NCBI GenBank assembly: GCA_010015805.1
Contig: ML978127.1
Location: 62,001 to 126,000, forward strand
Direction of reading: 5' to 3'
DNA length: 64,000 nt
DNA from: Rhizodiscina lignyota
Taxonomy: Eukaryota
The notes beneath the pieces are model-generated. The model ran no database searches, had not been told where the DNA came from, and saw nothing but the letters and a program-made list of their open reading frames with translations. The first letter of the stretch is position 1; every line of letters begins with the position of its first letter. Made by a program: the position numbers and the translations under genes. Shown one piece after another: positions 27,627 to 39,241 of this stretch.

Positions 27627-27834
27627 CTTGAAGTCGATCTGATAGCCTGACGGTGCTATCGTGTGCGGTGCAGTCTTCGCAGATGAGTTTGTGAGAGAGT
27701 GGAAGAAATTCCGCACAGCTGAACTTTTTTCTTGAAATCTGTGGCCAATCAGAGCGGGGTATAAATTTCTTGAACATCAACCTCCACAATATTTTCGTAG
27801 CTCACACAACCACCACACTTCCAAATCCACCACA

Positions 27835-29317
27835 ATGGCTCGACGCAGAGTAAAGAAGCATACGCAGGCCAGCGTGAAAGATGCGCAAAATGCGCAAAAG
27901 CCATCCGACCAGGCACCAAAGAGTATGGTCATTCGCATTGGCGCTGGAGAGGTCGGGTCGAGCGTCAGTCAATTAGTCAAAGACATGAGACAGGTTATGG
28001 AGCCTCACACTGCGATCAGGCTGCAGGTACGTCCTAACCCCTTTCCAAGTGAGGTGGTACCTTATGCTAAATATGATATCGACATAGGAACGAAAAGCGA
28101 ACAAGCTCCGCGATTACACCACGATGACCGGTCCGTTAGGCGTCACCCATCTGCTGCTATTCTCAAGGTCAAAGAGTGGGAATACAAACTTGAGGATTGC
28201 GATCACCCCGCGAGGGCCAACTTTACATTTTCGAGTGGACAACTACTCCTTATGCAAAGACATTGTCCAAGCGATCAAGCATCCAAAGAGCAGCGGACAC
28301 CAATCCTTCATGAGCCCACCCCTACTTGTCATGAACAACTTTACGAGCACAACCCCTTCCGCAACAGCAAATGGCGAGTCAAATAAGCAACAACAAATAC
28401 CGAAGCAACTCGAATCACTCATCACCACCGTCTTTCAATCTCTCTTCCCTCCAATATCGCCTCAGACGACGCCGCTCACATCCATACGGCGCGTACTACT
28501 CCTTGACCGCACACCTCAGGCCTCGCACAAGTCATCCGCAAACGGTCAATCTGAAGCCAATGGAGATGACACGTCCTCACATCCAAGTTACATCCTCAAC
28601 CTTCGCCATTACCATATCAGTACAAAGCAGACGGGACTGCCCAAATCAATACGACGGCTGAACGCCGCGGAGCGCGCGATAACCGGGGATAAGAAGAAGA
28701 ACGGGCGGGCACCAAATCTTAGCAAGATGGAAGATGTAGCGGACTACTTTCTAGGTGATCCAGATGGTAAGGGCGGCTACACGTCCGCCTCTGAGTCGGA
28801 GGTCGAGACAGATGCTGAGGTCGAGGTTCTTGCGCCTCAATCGCGTAAGATTGTAGGAAAGAGGGATAGAAATAGCATAGGAGCACAGAGCGGGGCAGAC
28901 GCGGACTCTGGATCGACGCGAAAGCCGCCGGTAGAGAAGCGCGCAGTGAAATTGACGGAGCTAGGGCCGCGAATGAAATTGAGGCTCACGAAAGTTGAGG
29001 AGGGTGTGTGTGCTGGAAAGGTGCTATGGCATGAATTTGTGACGAAGACGAGAGAAGAGGAGAAGGCCATGGATGAGATGTGGGAAGGGAGGAGGAAGGA
29101 GAAGGATGAACGGAAGCGCATACAGAAGGAGAATGTGGAAAGAAAAAAGAAAGAGAAGGCGGCTAAGGGTGAGCAGGGTGATGAGGGAGAGGAGGAATTA
29201 GATGAAGATGTCGATGATATGGACTTGGATGATGATGAGTGGGATAGTGAGGAACATGAAAATGAAGAAGTGGAAGCGGAAGAAGATGCCGAGGAGGAAG
29301 AGGAGATGGATGGGTGA
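27835..29317 (+). CDS. SSF1: Brix-domain ribosome biogenesis protein (Ssf1/Peter Pan)
   Basis: MARRRVKKHT..PKSMVIRIG, VMEPHTA, GPLGVTHLLLFS, PRGPTLHF, VKLTELGPRM; acidic tail; one intron. Confidence 0.93.
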
Positions 29318-29755
29318 AGTGGATCCCGCGAAAATCACGTTGAAATATTCTTCCATCATCGCGTGGCAAGTGATAATGGGAGGCTCAACCAAGAGAAATC
29401 CGCCCTCGCATCTCCCGGACTCTAATGTTGGACGATACGTCACAGCAGCGCCGAGATGAATGCATACGCGAGACTAGTCGAAAGCTACAGCTCATAGAAT
29501 GCGGTGCACTGAGCTTTCAACCTTCTCCATCTAGTGGCTATTCGATCCGTAGACTTGAGCAAAGCTCATTCTGAAGCGGGCTGCCACCTGCACTCTGCGC
29601 GCCTGATGTTGTGTAACCAATTCATCTGATATCCCTGACCAACTGGCACATGCAATTCGAAGTTTGTATACATCGTGACAGTTCTATTCCACGTCACTCA
29701 CGGAAACTCGAGTATCCCTAGTTCCAGGGGATCGATAGAAGAGCGATAGAAGAGC

Positions 29756-30015
29756 GATACTCCCGCTCGCCGAGTCAGTTTGGATCGCTCGTGGTATGTC
29801 TTCCATCCGTGCATAGCGGCGGAGCTTTAGTCGTCCGTCACCGCGAGCAATCTGTAACTCACGACTGGAGTCATGAAGGTGGCAGCTCCATACAATGGGC
29901 TGCATTTTATAACGACTACGAACACGAAGTCCTGGAAGTCACAAGGGGAAACCGTATTACGCTCACATATAACTTGTACGCCGAGGAGAGGACTGGCTGG
30001 CTCTACGTCGTTTGA
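29756..30015 (+). pseudogene. Relic of a 2OG-Fe(II) oxygenase gene (C-terminal core only)
   Basis: QFGSLVVCLPSVHSGGALVVRH...IQWAAFYNDYEHEVLEVTRGNRITLTYNLY. The upstream DTPRS motif is frameshifted, and there is no start codon or N-terminal half. Confidence 0.7.
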
Positions 30016-30414
30016 TCCCACTATGCTCCTCATTCTCCGACAGTTTGGTCAAGGATTTCAGATCGTTGGACATTGTTATATCCATAGTATCATGGATGGT
30101 GAACTCTTTAGGGAAGTTATGATTCCCAACCACGATGTGATGTCGGAGCTAGAGATCGTGAGCTCGGCTCGGGGCGGCTAAATTGCGGGTGCCCGTCGCC
30201 CCTGACGCAAGGCCACTGTTGCAACTAGAGGTGCAAATGCAAATGTTCTCGATCACCACTTCCAGTTCAGGCCTAAGCCTACCTAACCTAATATAGGCTT
30301 AAACCACGTGACACATGCTCTTAATTCTCATCTATTTGTGAACAGCATTCCCCCTCTCCATCTTTGCTCAGTTCAGAACACTCCACCTTTCAAGACAACA
30401 CAAATCCTGCACTT

Positions 30415-31779
30415 ATGGCTCGACACGGCAAGAGACACCACGACTATCCTTCTTTAGCGGAGAAAACTCTCATCATCGACAATGGCGCCTACAATATCAA
30501 AGCAGGCTTCTCGACAGAGAACCCAGACGTGAAAGAATGCCAGTTAATACCAAACTGCATCGCTAAGAGTCGGGAAAAGAAGGTCTACGTCGGCGCGCAG
30601 CTGTCAAAATGCAGAGATTTCGGGGATATGGTGTTTGTTAGACCGTTGGAGAAGGGCTTTGTTGTGAACTGGCCAGAAGAGAAGGCCATCTGGGAGAGTG
30701 CGTTCCTCGATTCGACAGCGGTGCTCAAGTGCGACCCTCACGAAACGAATCTCATTCTCACCGAGGCACCGAATTGTCCCCAGACCCTCCAGGTGTTCTG
30801 TGATCAGATGGTGTTTGAGGAATTTGAGTTCGCGTCGTATTATCGCTGCGTTGGGCCATCGCTGAACGCGTACAACGACATTCCTAGTCTCTTCGGGGAC
30901 AATTCAGAGCAGCCGCCCAAGCTTTCCCAGCTTCCAGCGGAATGTCTGCTCCTCATCGACTCTGGCTACTCGCATACGACCGTCACGCCCCTCCTCCATG
31001 GCCGTCCTATCCAGAATGCAGTGCGCCGGCTCGATGTGGGCGGCAAGTTTCTCACCAACGCTCTGAAGGAGACACTCTCGACTCAGTACTATAACGTACA
31101 AGACGACACGATTCCTGTGACTGAGATCAAAGAGAGTGCCTGCTATGTCAGCGACGACTTCAAACGTGACCTAGACCGTACGTGGAAACTGGGAGCTCGG
31201 CAGAGGAGGGAGATTGACTACAGTATTGTGATTGACTGGGTGCTTCCGGATTATGAGAACACGATGCATGGGTACAGTCTACCTCATGACCCGAAGCTTC
31301 CCTTCAAGACACGTACACTGCCGATGGGGGAGTCGGTGCTCCCAATGGCGAACGAGCGGTTCCAGATTCCAGAGCTGCTGTTCAATCCGAGCGACATTGG
31401 CCTGGCAGAAGGCGGACTGTCAGACATCGTGATGCAGAGTCTAGAGCAGTTACCAAAGGGACTGTGGCCTGCCATGCTCGGCAACATCGTGCTCGTGGGC
31501 GGGACGTCAAAGTTGAAGGGTCTAAGGGAGCGGCTGGAAGCAGAGATTCGTCAGAATACCCCATCTGACTTCCCTGTACGGGTTGCTCTTCACCCCGAGG
31601 CGGAGAAGGCGACATGGCTGGGAGGCGCTCGCATGGCGAATAACGAGGACTTGATGAAGAGGTTGTGCGTTACTCGACAGGAGTACCTGGAGCATGGACA
31701 TACTCTCATGCATACTTGGACGAATAGGCAGTTCCAAGCGCGAGCAAATGCAGTAGGCACAACTATGTTGGAGGGATGA
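30415..31779 (+). CDS. ARP6: Actin-related protein 6 (SWR1 complex)
   Basis: TLIIDNGAYNIKAG, CDQMVFEEFEF, IDSGYSHTTVTP, RRLDVGGKFLTN, NERFQIPELLFNPSDIG, VTRQEYLEHG. Confidence 0.9.
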   Translation: MARHGKRHHDYPSLAEKTLIIDNGAYNIKAGFSTENPDVKECQLIPNCIAKSREKKVYVGAQLSKCRDFGDMVFVRPLEKGFVVNWPEEKAIWESAFLDSTAVLKCDPHETNLILTEAPNCPQTLQVFCDQMVFEEFEFASYYRCVGPSLNAYNDIPSLFGDNSEQPPKLSQLPAECLLLIDSGYSHTTVTPLLHGRPIQNAVRRLDVGGKFLTNALKETLSTQYYNVQDDTIPVTEIKESACYVSDDFKRDLDRTWKLGARQRREIDYSIVIDWVLPDYENTMHGYSLPHDPKLPFKTRTLPMGESVLPMANERFQIPELLFNPSDIGLAEGGLSDIVMQSLEQLPKGLWPAMLGNIVLVGGTSKLKGLRERLEAEIRQNTPSDFPVRVALHPEAEKATWLGGARMANNEDLMKRLCVTRQEYLEHGHTLMHTWTNRQFQARANAVGTTMLEG

Positions 31780-31927
31780 AGGGGTTCTCTTGGCTGTCAT
31801 TGATATCGCTTTAGCGCGGCAAGCTTTTCGAGTGTATAACGTAGAAACCACAATACTTGTAGACGCTCCGGACTCCTCACCTATGCTACATGTGCAAGGT
31901 CTCAAATAGCCAATGAGTTGAGGAGAT

Positions 31928-33805
31928 CTAGAGCTCATCTTTATCAGAACCAGCTTTTGCGCCAGCATCCTTCTTGCCATTGCCAAAGCAAACAGCAGGC
32001 GTGCCGACCTCCATCCTATACACGCACTTCTCCTCCTCGACCACCTTCCAGATCTCGTCCTTCTCCGCGCAAGCCATCACCACCAGTGTGGATCTGGCTG
32101 GCCCATTCCAACAGTGCTGCCCATTCTCGTACTTCATCGTGATCCTTTCTCCCTCACCAACCCCTTTTCCATCTGGCGGTAGCTCCTCATCCACAACTAT
32201 CTTATCCACACCCACGAAGTTGCCCATGCCGGTATGTGCACCGCCCTTCTTGGGCTTTTGTGTCGTCTTGTCCATCCAGCACATCTCATAGGTGTATTCA
32301 CCGCTGTCGGTGCTGACACATTGGCCTTTGAGTGCACGAAAGATCTCGTCGGGGCCGTAGTCCTTTGTAAGGTCTTCTTGGTGGCGAGAGAGCTCGGACT
32401 GATCATTGCTGAGTTCCGACTCGGCGGAAGTGAGGCGGCTACGAGCTTCAGTGACAGCTTTGGACTCTGTGACCTCTGCAGATGAACCTCCAGCTAGGAC
32501 ACCTGATTCGACGAGGAAAACGCGGAGATCGCGCAGTTTAGCGTCGATCCAGTCTCGCAATGATGGAGGAAGGTAGTTCTCAAACTGGTACACTATGCCA
32601 TCTGTCAGTCGTTGCAAAAACGAAGGATCAGAGGAGCAACACTTACAAACATCGACGTCACTAGCTTCCCCAGCAGTGAAGTCATCCCAAACCAGGCCAT
32701 TGTCGGTATCGCTCTTCAATATCTCGTCCATGTCCCTATCCTGCGCTTCAGCGGGCTTGCTCGCCTTGTCTCGTGCAGCGTAGTCTTCCCAAGCTCTCAC
32801 TGCCCTCTTGACGCCCTCGTCGTTGAAATTGGGGTTATATTCCTCTTTGAACGTGGTCAAGATGCCCTCCAATTCCTCCATCCTCTTCAAACTGTCGTCT
32901 CTCTCCGATCGCACCCTCTCAAGCGTGTCCCGCAACTCTTGCACTCTCCTCTTCGCCAATTCGACGAGCGTTCCAAGCTTGCCACCTTCCTTGGGCGCTG
33001 TGATGACCTTCCTCTTATCGGCTTTCTCCGCCTCTTCCACCTCCTTCTTCATTCCTTGGACCTTCAGCTCCGCGCCCTGAATCTGTGTCTTGAGGGTCTC
33101 AATACGATCCTCGACTTCCTTGCGCAATCGTTTCGCTTCGGTGATGAGCTCCTTCCGTCGCTTTGTGGCAGCACCCATAGCCTTCTGCCTCGCTTCGTCC
33201 GCTTTCCGCCACTCCTTGCCAATCTCTTTACAGCGGTCCTCACATTTCGTGCCGCCTACGCCAGCCCACTCATCACTACCATCGCAGCAAAGGTCGTAAT
33301 CACAGATACCATCATTGACGGCGGTAAACGGGATGTATGCAGGCTGATGGCCCTTATTCTTGCAATAGAAGCCAGGAAGAGCCAGTGTCGTGTTTACAGC
33401 TGTGCCAGCGGCATCGTCGACGATGGGATGAGGAATTGAAGGGGGTGAGAGAGGTGACAGATGCGAACAAGCAGAAGTGCCGGGTTCGTCTGAGCCATCT
33501 GGACAATCGCAGTAGTCGTCGTTGAGCTGAGACACGTCGAGAGTGATTGATGGATTCGAAATGCAGGTGAAGCTCCCTGGGGACTTGTAGAACTTGGCAA
33601 CTACATGCTGGTTAATTGGAGCCCTTAAAGAGAGACTTTCGAAGCTCGATGCATCTTTCGACAGCTGAAGGAGCAGTGAGAAGCGCCAAGAGAAATACTC
33701 ACATTCAGGTCCTACGCCCTTGGGTCGAGGAGCATCTTTCTGGGCGTTGGAAAGAGAAAAGGCAAAGCTCAAGAGAGCAAATGCCTCAACCAGCGTCAAT
33801 CGCAT
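31928..33805 (-). CDS. GTB1: Glucosidase II beta subunit (PRKCSH)
   Basis: Signal peptide, NDDYCDCPDGSDEPGTSAC, coiled coil, MRH domain (CWNGPARS, CVYRMEVGTPAVC), C-terminal KDEL. Introns at 33702-33601 and 32646-32593. Confidence 0.95.
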   Translation of the reverse strand: MRLTLVEAFALLSFAFSLSNAQKDAPRPKGVGPECEYFSWRFSLLLQLSKDASSFESLSLRAPINQHVVAKFYKSPGSFTCISNPSITLDVSQLNDDYCDCPDGSDEPGTSACSHLSPLSPPSIPHPIVDDAAGTAVNTTLALPGFYCKNKGHQPAYIPFTAVNDGICDYDLCCDGSDEWAGVGGTKCEDRCKEIGKEWRKADEARQKAMGAATKRRKELITEAKRLRKEVEDRIETLKTQIQGAELKVQGMKKEVEEAEKADKRKVITAPKEGGKLGTLVELAKRRVQELRDTLERVRSERDDSLKRMEELEGILTTFKEEYNPNFNDEGVKRAVRAWEDYAARDKASKPAEAQDRDMDEILKSDTDNGLVWDDFTAGEASDVDVCKCCSSDPSFLQRLTDGIVYQFENYLPPSLRDWIDAKLRDLRVFLVESGVLAGGSSAEVTESKAVTEARSRLTSAESELSNDQSELSRHQEDLTKDYGPDEIFRALKGQCVSTDSGEYTYEMCWMDKTTQKPKKGGAHTGMGNFVGVDKIVVDEELPPDGKGVGEGERITMKYENGQHCWNGPARSTLVVMACAEKDEIWKVVEEEKCVYRMEVGTPAVCFGNGKKDAGAKAGSDKDEL

Positions 33806-34200
33806 CTTTCATAAGCTGGAGAGGCCACAGTGACCTTGAAGAAGGTCCACAACAATTCGTGTTTCGGCCAGCTTTCACGTCGGCGGAGCGGAAGACATAC
33901 TCTTGGCGGGCGGAACAGGGGTGCAGTTTCAGGGGCTTTGGACGCCCTGACGCCTATGCGTAGACAAGGACGAGAGCGATATGACAAGTTCCATAGACAC
34001 ATCAAAGATTGCTTTATTTAACATCGTTAAGCGCTGGTTGCCAGTATATGTATCCACGTATTGTTTATATCTAAAGTCTCTTTTCTTCCGTGATAAGGTA
34101 AGGCCAAGAGTAAAGGTAAGAAATATCGAACTCCGCGGCGTTGGCCAAGTCTTCATCAGATTTCTTCAGCAACCCGACATGCTTTTTAAGTCACATCTAT

Positions 34201-35007
34201 CTAAATCTCAGCAATAGCCATCAGGGTAATCCCGCTCTTCGTCTGGTCTCCCGTCGCTCCCATTGGCGCACCAGGCATAACGTATCTCCTAGCTTTCTCC
34301 GTTGAAGGAACTGCTCCTTGTGCTGGGGGGTTTGTCCGTCCTGCAGCAGGGCTACCAGCAGGCACATTCAGGCCCGGATTGACTATGACACCAACGCCGG
34401 AACCTTCTTGACCAGTACCGAGCTCGACCTCCGGCTGGTTCTTCATTGCGTTGATGGCGAAATTGAGCGCCTCACGAAATCCTTGGATCTCGCGTCGGAT
34501 GAGTTTAGCGTCTGAGGCAGGGAGGTCCGGTTCACGGATCTCGAGTGAGGGTTCGGAACGCTTGTGCATATTGGGGCGGGGGAGGAGATCAGAGGAAGGC
34601 ATCTTCACTGAGGGGTTTATGCCTTTGCTGATCATCCCGCCGACAGCGTCGGTTTTTGAGTCGACCACTTGCACTTCTGGAGTATCAGGTAGGACATCGT
34701 TGGCTTGGGCCTCGTTCCCGGGAGTATCAGGAGTAGCTGACTGGCCGGTAAGGGCTGGATTGGGTCCTTGTGTAATAGCAGCTTTTTGGCCTTCACCAGC
34801 GGCGGCACCGCCTTGTCGTTGGCCAGCTGTTGCGGCGCCAGAAGCAAGCGTCTCCATGAGCTCGCCGGCGTTTTGGGCTCCTCCGAATGAGATCTCACCG
34901 TCACCCACCACTAAGGCGGGAGAATAGGCGCCCAAGTTGATGTTAAGAGGGACAGCGGAGATGAGGCCAGTAGATACTAGGGCATAGAGGATATTTTGTG
35001 GGAGCAT
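34201..35007 (-). CDS. Putative secreted protein of unknown function
   Basis: Signal-like MLPQNILYALVSTGLISA, followed by VPLNINLGAYSPALVVGDGEISFGG; internal KR/RR sites. Confidence 0.75.
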   Translation of the reverse strand: MLPQNILYALVSTGLISAVPLNINLGAYSPALVVGDGEISFGGAQNAGELMETLASGAATAGQRQGGAAAGEGQKAAITQGPNPALTGQSATPDTPGNEAQANDVLPDTPEVQVVDSKTDAVGGMISKGINPSVKMPSSDLLPRPNMHKRSEPSLEIREPDLPASDAKLIRREIQGFREALNFAINAMKNQPEVELGTGQEGSGVGVIVNPGLNVPAGSPAAGRTNPPAQGAVPSTEKARRYVMPGAPMGATGDQTKSGITLMAIAEI

Positions 35008-36310
35008 GATGAGAGGGAGAAGGAAGCTGCCTTTGTAATGAGTGGCGGGGAAATGTGCAGACGAATTGAACTGCTGAGGAAGACGCAACGGCTGAAAGAA
35101 GCTCTATCGTCCCTGCGACAGAAGATTCTATGAAATAAATGAAGGAATGCGCTTGAACGAGAACTCGAGAGCAGGCTTGACGGAAGCGATAGAATTCTTT
35201 TGGAAAACTGACCTTCTCAGGAATGCTTTTATCGGCAAAAATGCAATCACGCTCTGACCATCTTACTATGAAGAAGCATGGCGAGGCCAAGGCGTAGCGG
35301 CTCCGCTCTACGCTTCACCATGTACGAGACGCTTCTGGGGGCCTGTCGCCAAGTATTTCGAGACTGCCCAGTCACGCGCACAGAAAGGATGAGAAGTCGT
35401 GAGCATGAGGCCGAGAGGTTTGGAAGTTCTTGGGCGCCCCTTGTCCGCTTCGAATTTTAGCCTTTTAGAGTATGTCCCTGCCACAGACGCGCCTGGTAAG
35501 GCAGCTCAGAAGGCAGTCTTATCAATGGTGTGCAGGCCAAGCTGTGAAGAGACAATGTCCAGACGGATGCTGAAGCCTTCCGGGTTCCAGCGTCGAGGCC
35601 AAGGTTGCAAAGAATCTGCAATTCCCAGGCAAACTTGGGACGAGAGTGTACATCCTGCCCATAGTGTTCTCTTGCGGATATGAAGGAAGAATTGCAGACG
35701 CGCAACGGTGAAGTTCTAAATCTCCACCGAACGCGCTAGCCCTAAAAGGCATGGCTTGAAGCCCCTTTTCTGCAATGCAGAGGCGGAATCTACGACGTTT
35801 CACGCACTGCTTCTTCCATCAAGCTGATATTATACGTCATTGAGAGACGAGAACTTGAAAGCTTAATACTCATTTGTGATGTGCGACGCAAAGGTTTCGG
35901 GCTTCGTTCGGCTCACGATGCTATGATTGGCCAGTTTTCCCGGCGCTTCTTGACTGAAAGTTTGACCGTGATTCCCCGTCCTTACATTCGCCATTCCGTA
36001 GTCCACTACCGTTGTAAAAATGCGGGTTTAGCGGCACCAAATCCCGCGGAGAAGACGAAAGGGAGCCATCCTGGGCATCGTCTAGATTAGTCACGGTTGA
36101 ATAATGAGAGACTTAGAGTCATATGGCGTATACGGAGTCTTTCTTCACATATTTCAACTTCCCTATATGTATCATGCGGAGTCCGAACATCACAAGCTAC
36201 AGAAAATACAGCAATTGAGACGATCCACTTAAATGAGCACTACAATATCGCTCGAGCGATTCGCTCGACAAAGCAACGATGCGGAACTCACTGATCTGCA
36301 GTCGAATAAC

Positions 36311-37700
36311 ATGCCAGAAGTCTCCGCTTCTGTATCAAATTCTGAATCGGCAATGACTTCGTCCTCTCGCAACAGGTATGATATTCGACATATACATCTC
36401 GAAGGTAGCTCTGGAAGATACTAACCGTGAAACCAGGCGCTCCATTTCCATCGTCATTGCGGCGTTTTTCCTTACGTTCACCGGCTGCGGTCTCAACTTT
36501 GCCTTCGGCGTCTACCAAGAACTCTACGAAACTATAGGGGGTCCATTTGCGTCTGCCACGCCGGCAACAATCGACCTCATTGGTACGCTTGCAGTCTCTC
36601 TGATGACCATGGGAGCACCACTATCATCAGCGTGGACAAAGACATACGGCCCTCGCAACGTCACACTCGCCGGCGGCCTCATTCTTGGCTTGGCAAATGT
36701 CCTTGCCTCCTTTGGACAGAAGCTGTGGCACTTCATTCTGACTCAAGGCTTACTGCTCGGAATAGGGACATGTTTTTCGTACATGCCTGCAGTTACCATT
36801 GCTCCAGGTTGGTTCGATGCGCGCCGCGGTCTCGCCATGGGCCTCGTTCTTTCCGGCACGGGCATTGGCGGCGTAGTCTGGGCTCCCCTTCTACGCTACT
36901 TGAACACTGTTATCGGATTCCGAAACACCCTGCGATTGACTGGTGGGCTCGGCTTCGTTATCATCTCAATCTGTGCGCTAGCTCTTCGTTGGGACCCAGA
37001 CAGTGAACAGCGTATTAAGGTGGAATTGGGCTCGAGAGGCCGCCATCGTGTACGCATCCCGCTCGTGAACTGGCAGATCGCAAAGTCGCGGAAATTCTTT
37101 GCACATGCCTGTGGAGCGCTTTTACACTCTGCCGCGTATTACACTCCTGTGTATTTCTTCTCTGCCTATGCAAGAACACTGGGATACAGCTCGGCTACAG
37201 GAGCAAACTTCATCGCCGCTAGCAATGCGTCCAGTGCTGGTGGAAAGATTCTCCTTGGATACGCAGCCGATCGCTTGGGGCGTCTCAACACGCTTTTGCT
37301 TTGCACACTCGTCGCGGCCATGACAGCTCTAGGACTCTGGCTCCCTTCAACTCTGTTCGACGGTTCTCAGGCCGGCAAGGCTCTTTTTATCACCTTTGCC
37401 ATCACCTACGGTATCTTTGCTGGTGCATATGTTTCACTCTTTCCAACATCGCTTGTCGAGCTGTTCGGTGCACAGCACTTTGCGAGTGTGAATGGATTTT
37501 TGTACATGATCAGAGGTATCGGGACACTATTTGGAACACCATTGGCTGGTACTTTCATCCACCATTCCGCGGGTTTTATGGGTACTGCGGTTGGATACGA
37601 GAAGGCCAGCATTATGGTGGGAGTCTTCCTCTTCGTCGCTACGATCGCGGTTGGCGTGGCTAGATTTGAGTCTGCTGGCTTGACAAGATTGAAGGCATGA
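36311..37700 (+). CDS. MFS monocarboxylate transporter-like (MCH family)
   Basis: About 12 TM segments; FAFGVYQ, WFDARRGLAMGLVLSGTGIGG, ADRLGRLN; one intron near 36377-36408. Confidence 0.88.
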
Positions 37701-38065
37701 GTGAAATGTGGAGTGCATCGGGCTCTAAAGTCGAACAAGTCGTGTTATTTATGGTGCTGCTCATTAGTTTTAGATATTCACTTGTCGTGTCACAACCTTT
37801 CCAGCCTGAAAACACGGTGTGCCTAACGATCTCGACTAGGCATACCTCTCTTCCTTTTATGTTTCTTTCTGAGCTCTGGAAGGCCCTTCAACCCAACCTT
37901 CAACTTCACTTTCAATAACACTTTCAACAACACAAGGATTCATAAGCTGCGCAATACTGCCGTCGAATATCGAGAATATTCCTGACCGCCTCGCTCTTCT
38001 CCACAGTTCTCTTCATCGAACCTAAGAGATCAAAGCCACACCAGCTCATCACCATACATTCAACA

Positions 38066-38554
38066 ATGGATAGCCTCTCCCTCGAGCCGCTCTCGACCTG
38101 GTCTGGTAGCGCGACAGTCTACACCCTTCCGCCTACCAACTCAACCCTCTCAAAGGTTTGGTCCACTCTCGCTGGCATCCTCGCTCCTCACATTCCGCCG
38201 AGCATTGCCCTCACTCTCGTTACCCACACACACCTCGCGGCCCACGAGCATGCCAACGACTACCTAGTCTATCTCACTGATATCGGGGAGGATGGCGAGG
38301 CGATCTTGGGCTTTCTAACGCGCTGCGAGCGCTGCATCGATTTATGGAACGTTGCAACTTCCGAGCAGTGCAAGCTGATAGATGAGCTGCTGGAGGATGC
38401 GGAGGGAGCTGGCGAAGTGATGTGGATTGAGCGCGTGAGAGCAGCCGGCGAGCGTTGGGAGTGGTGGTATGGACAAGCAATGAGAGTGCACATGAATCGG
38501 AAGACCTCGTTGTTGAGGGTGAGGGGAACAGCAGCGACGGGAGAGATCGTTTGA
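38066..38554 (+). CDS. Hypothetical protein (162 aa)
   Basis: ATG in good context (caacaATG) after a CA-rich leader; no recognised motif. Confidence 0.4.
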   Translation: MDSLSLEPLSTWSGSATVYTLPPTNSTLSKVWSTLAGILAPHIPPSIALTLVTHTHLAAHEHANDYLVYLTDIGEDGEAILGFLTRCERCIDLWNVATSEQCKLIDELLEDAEGAGEVMWIERVRAAGERWEWWYGQAMRVHMNRKTSLLRVRGTAATGEIV

Positions 38555-39241
38555 TCCTAAATAAGGGTGATGTTGAAATTGAAGAATGCGAAGACGTATA
38601 CGAAATTGATGAGGCCATGGAAGCACTTGAATTTAGCACGGCGTTAAGGAATTTAACTTCAGAAAACGGGGAACAGGCAGCCACAAATCTTGGACTATAG
38701 CCAAGGTTAGGGATATCTGGATTAATCAAACGGAAGCATAAATGGAAAGAATTGGGGAAAGGTATGAATCCGATTGGGCAATTGAATCACCATTGACGTT
38801 GCATGAATTGTGCTGGTGAAGTTCAAATTGCAAGCGGAGTACTCCGTACTACATATGCGTAGACCTGGACTTACGATAACTCACCAAACCCCAGGGCATT
38901 GCCGCATCGCTGGTCGTTGGATCCCATTAAAGGTCACAGATAACCATGAATGGAAAGAGATGCGTAGTGCAGTTTGTGTGAAGCAACCAGCCACAGGAGC
39001 GGAATAAGCGGAAAAGGTAACCCAGAATCTCGGTATCGGATGTCGGATGGAGTGCCCCCCTCTCCACTCCATCTTACTCCGTACAGTAAGGTAAGCTCCA
39101 GAGTTCACTCATCAACAAAGTGCGACTTCCCACCGCTTGCTGAATAGGTCAAAATGACCCCTAGTATCTCCTATCTCTCCATCTCCATTTAAGTTCTACT
39201 TCTACCTACCTATCTGTTTTCCACCCGATCACGCTGCCATC

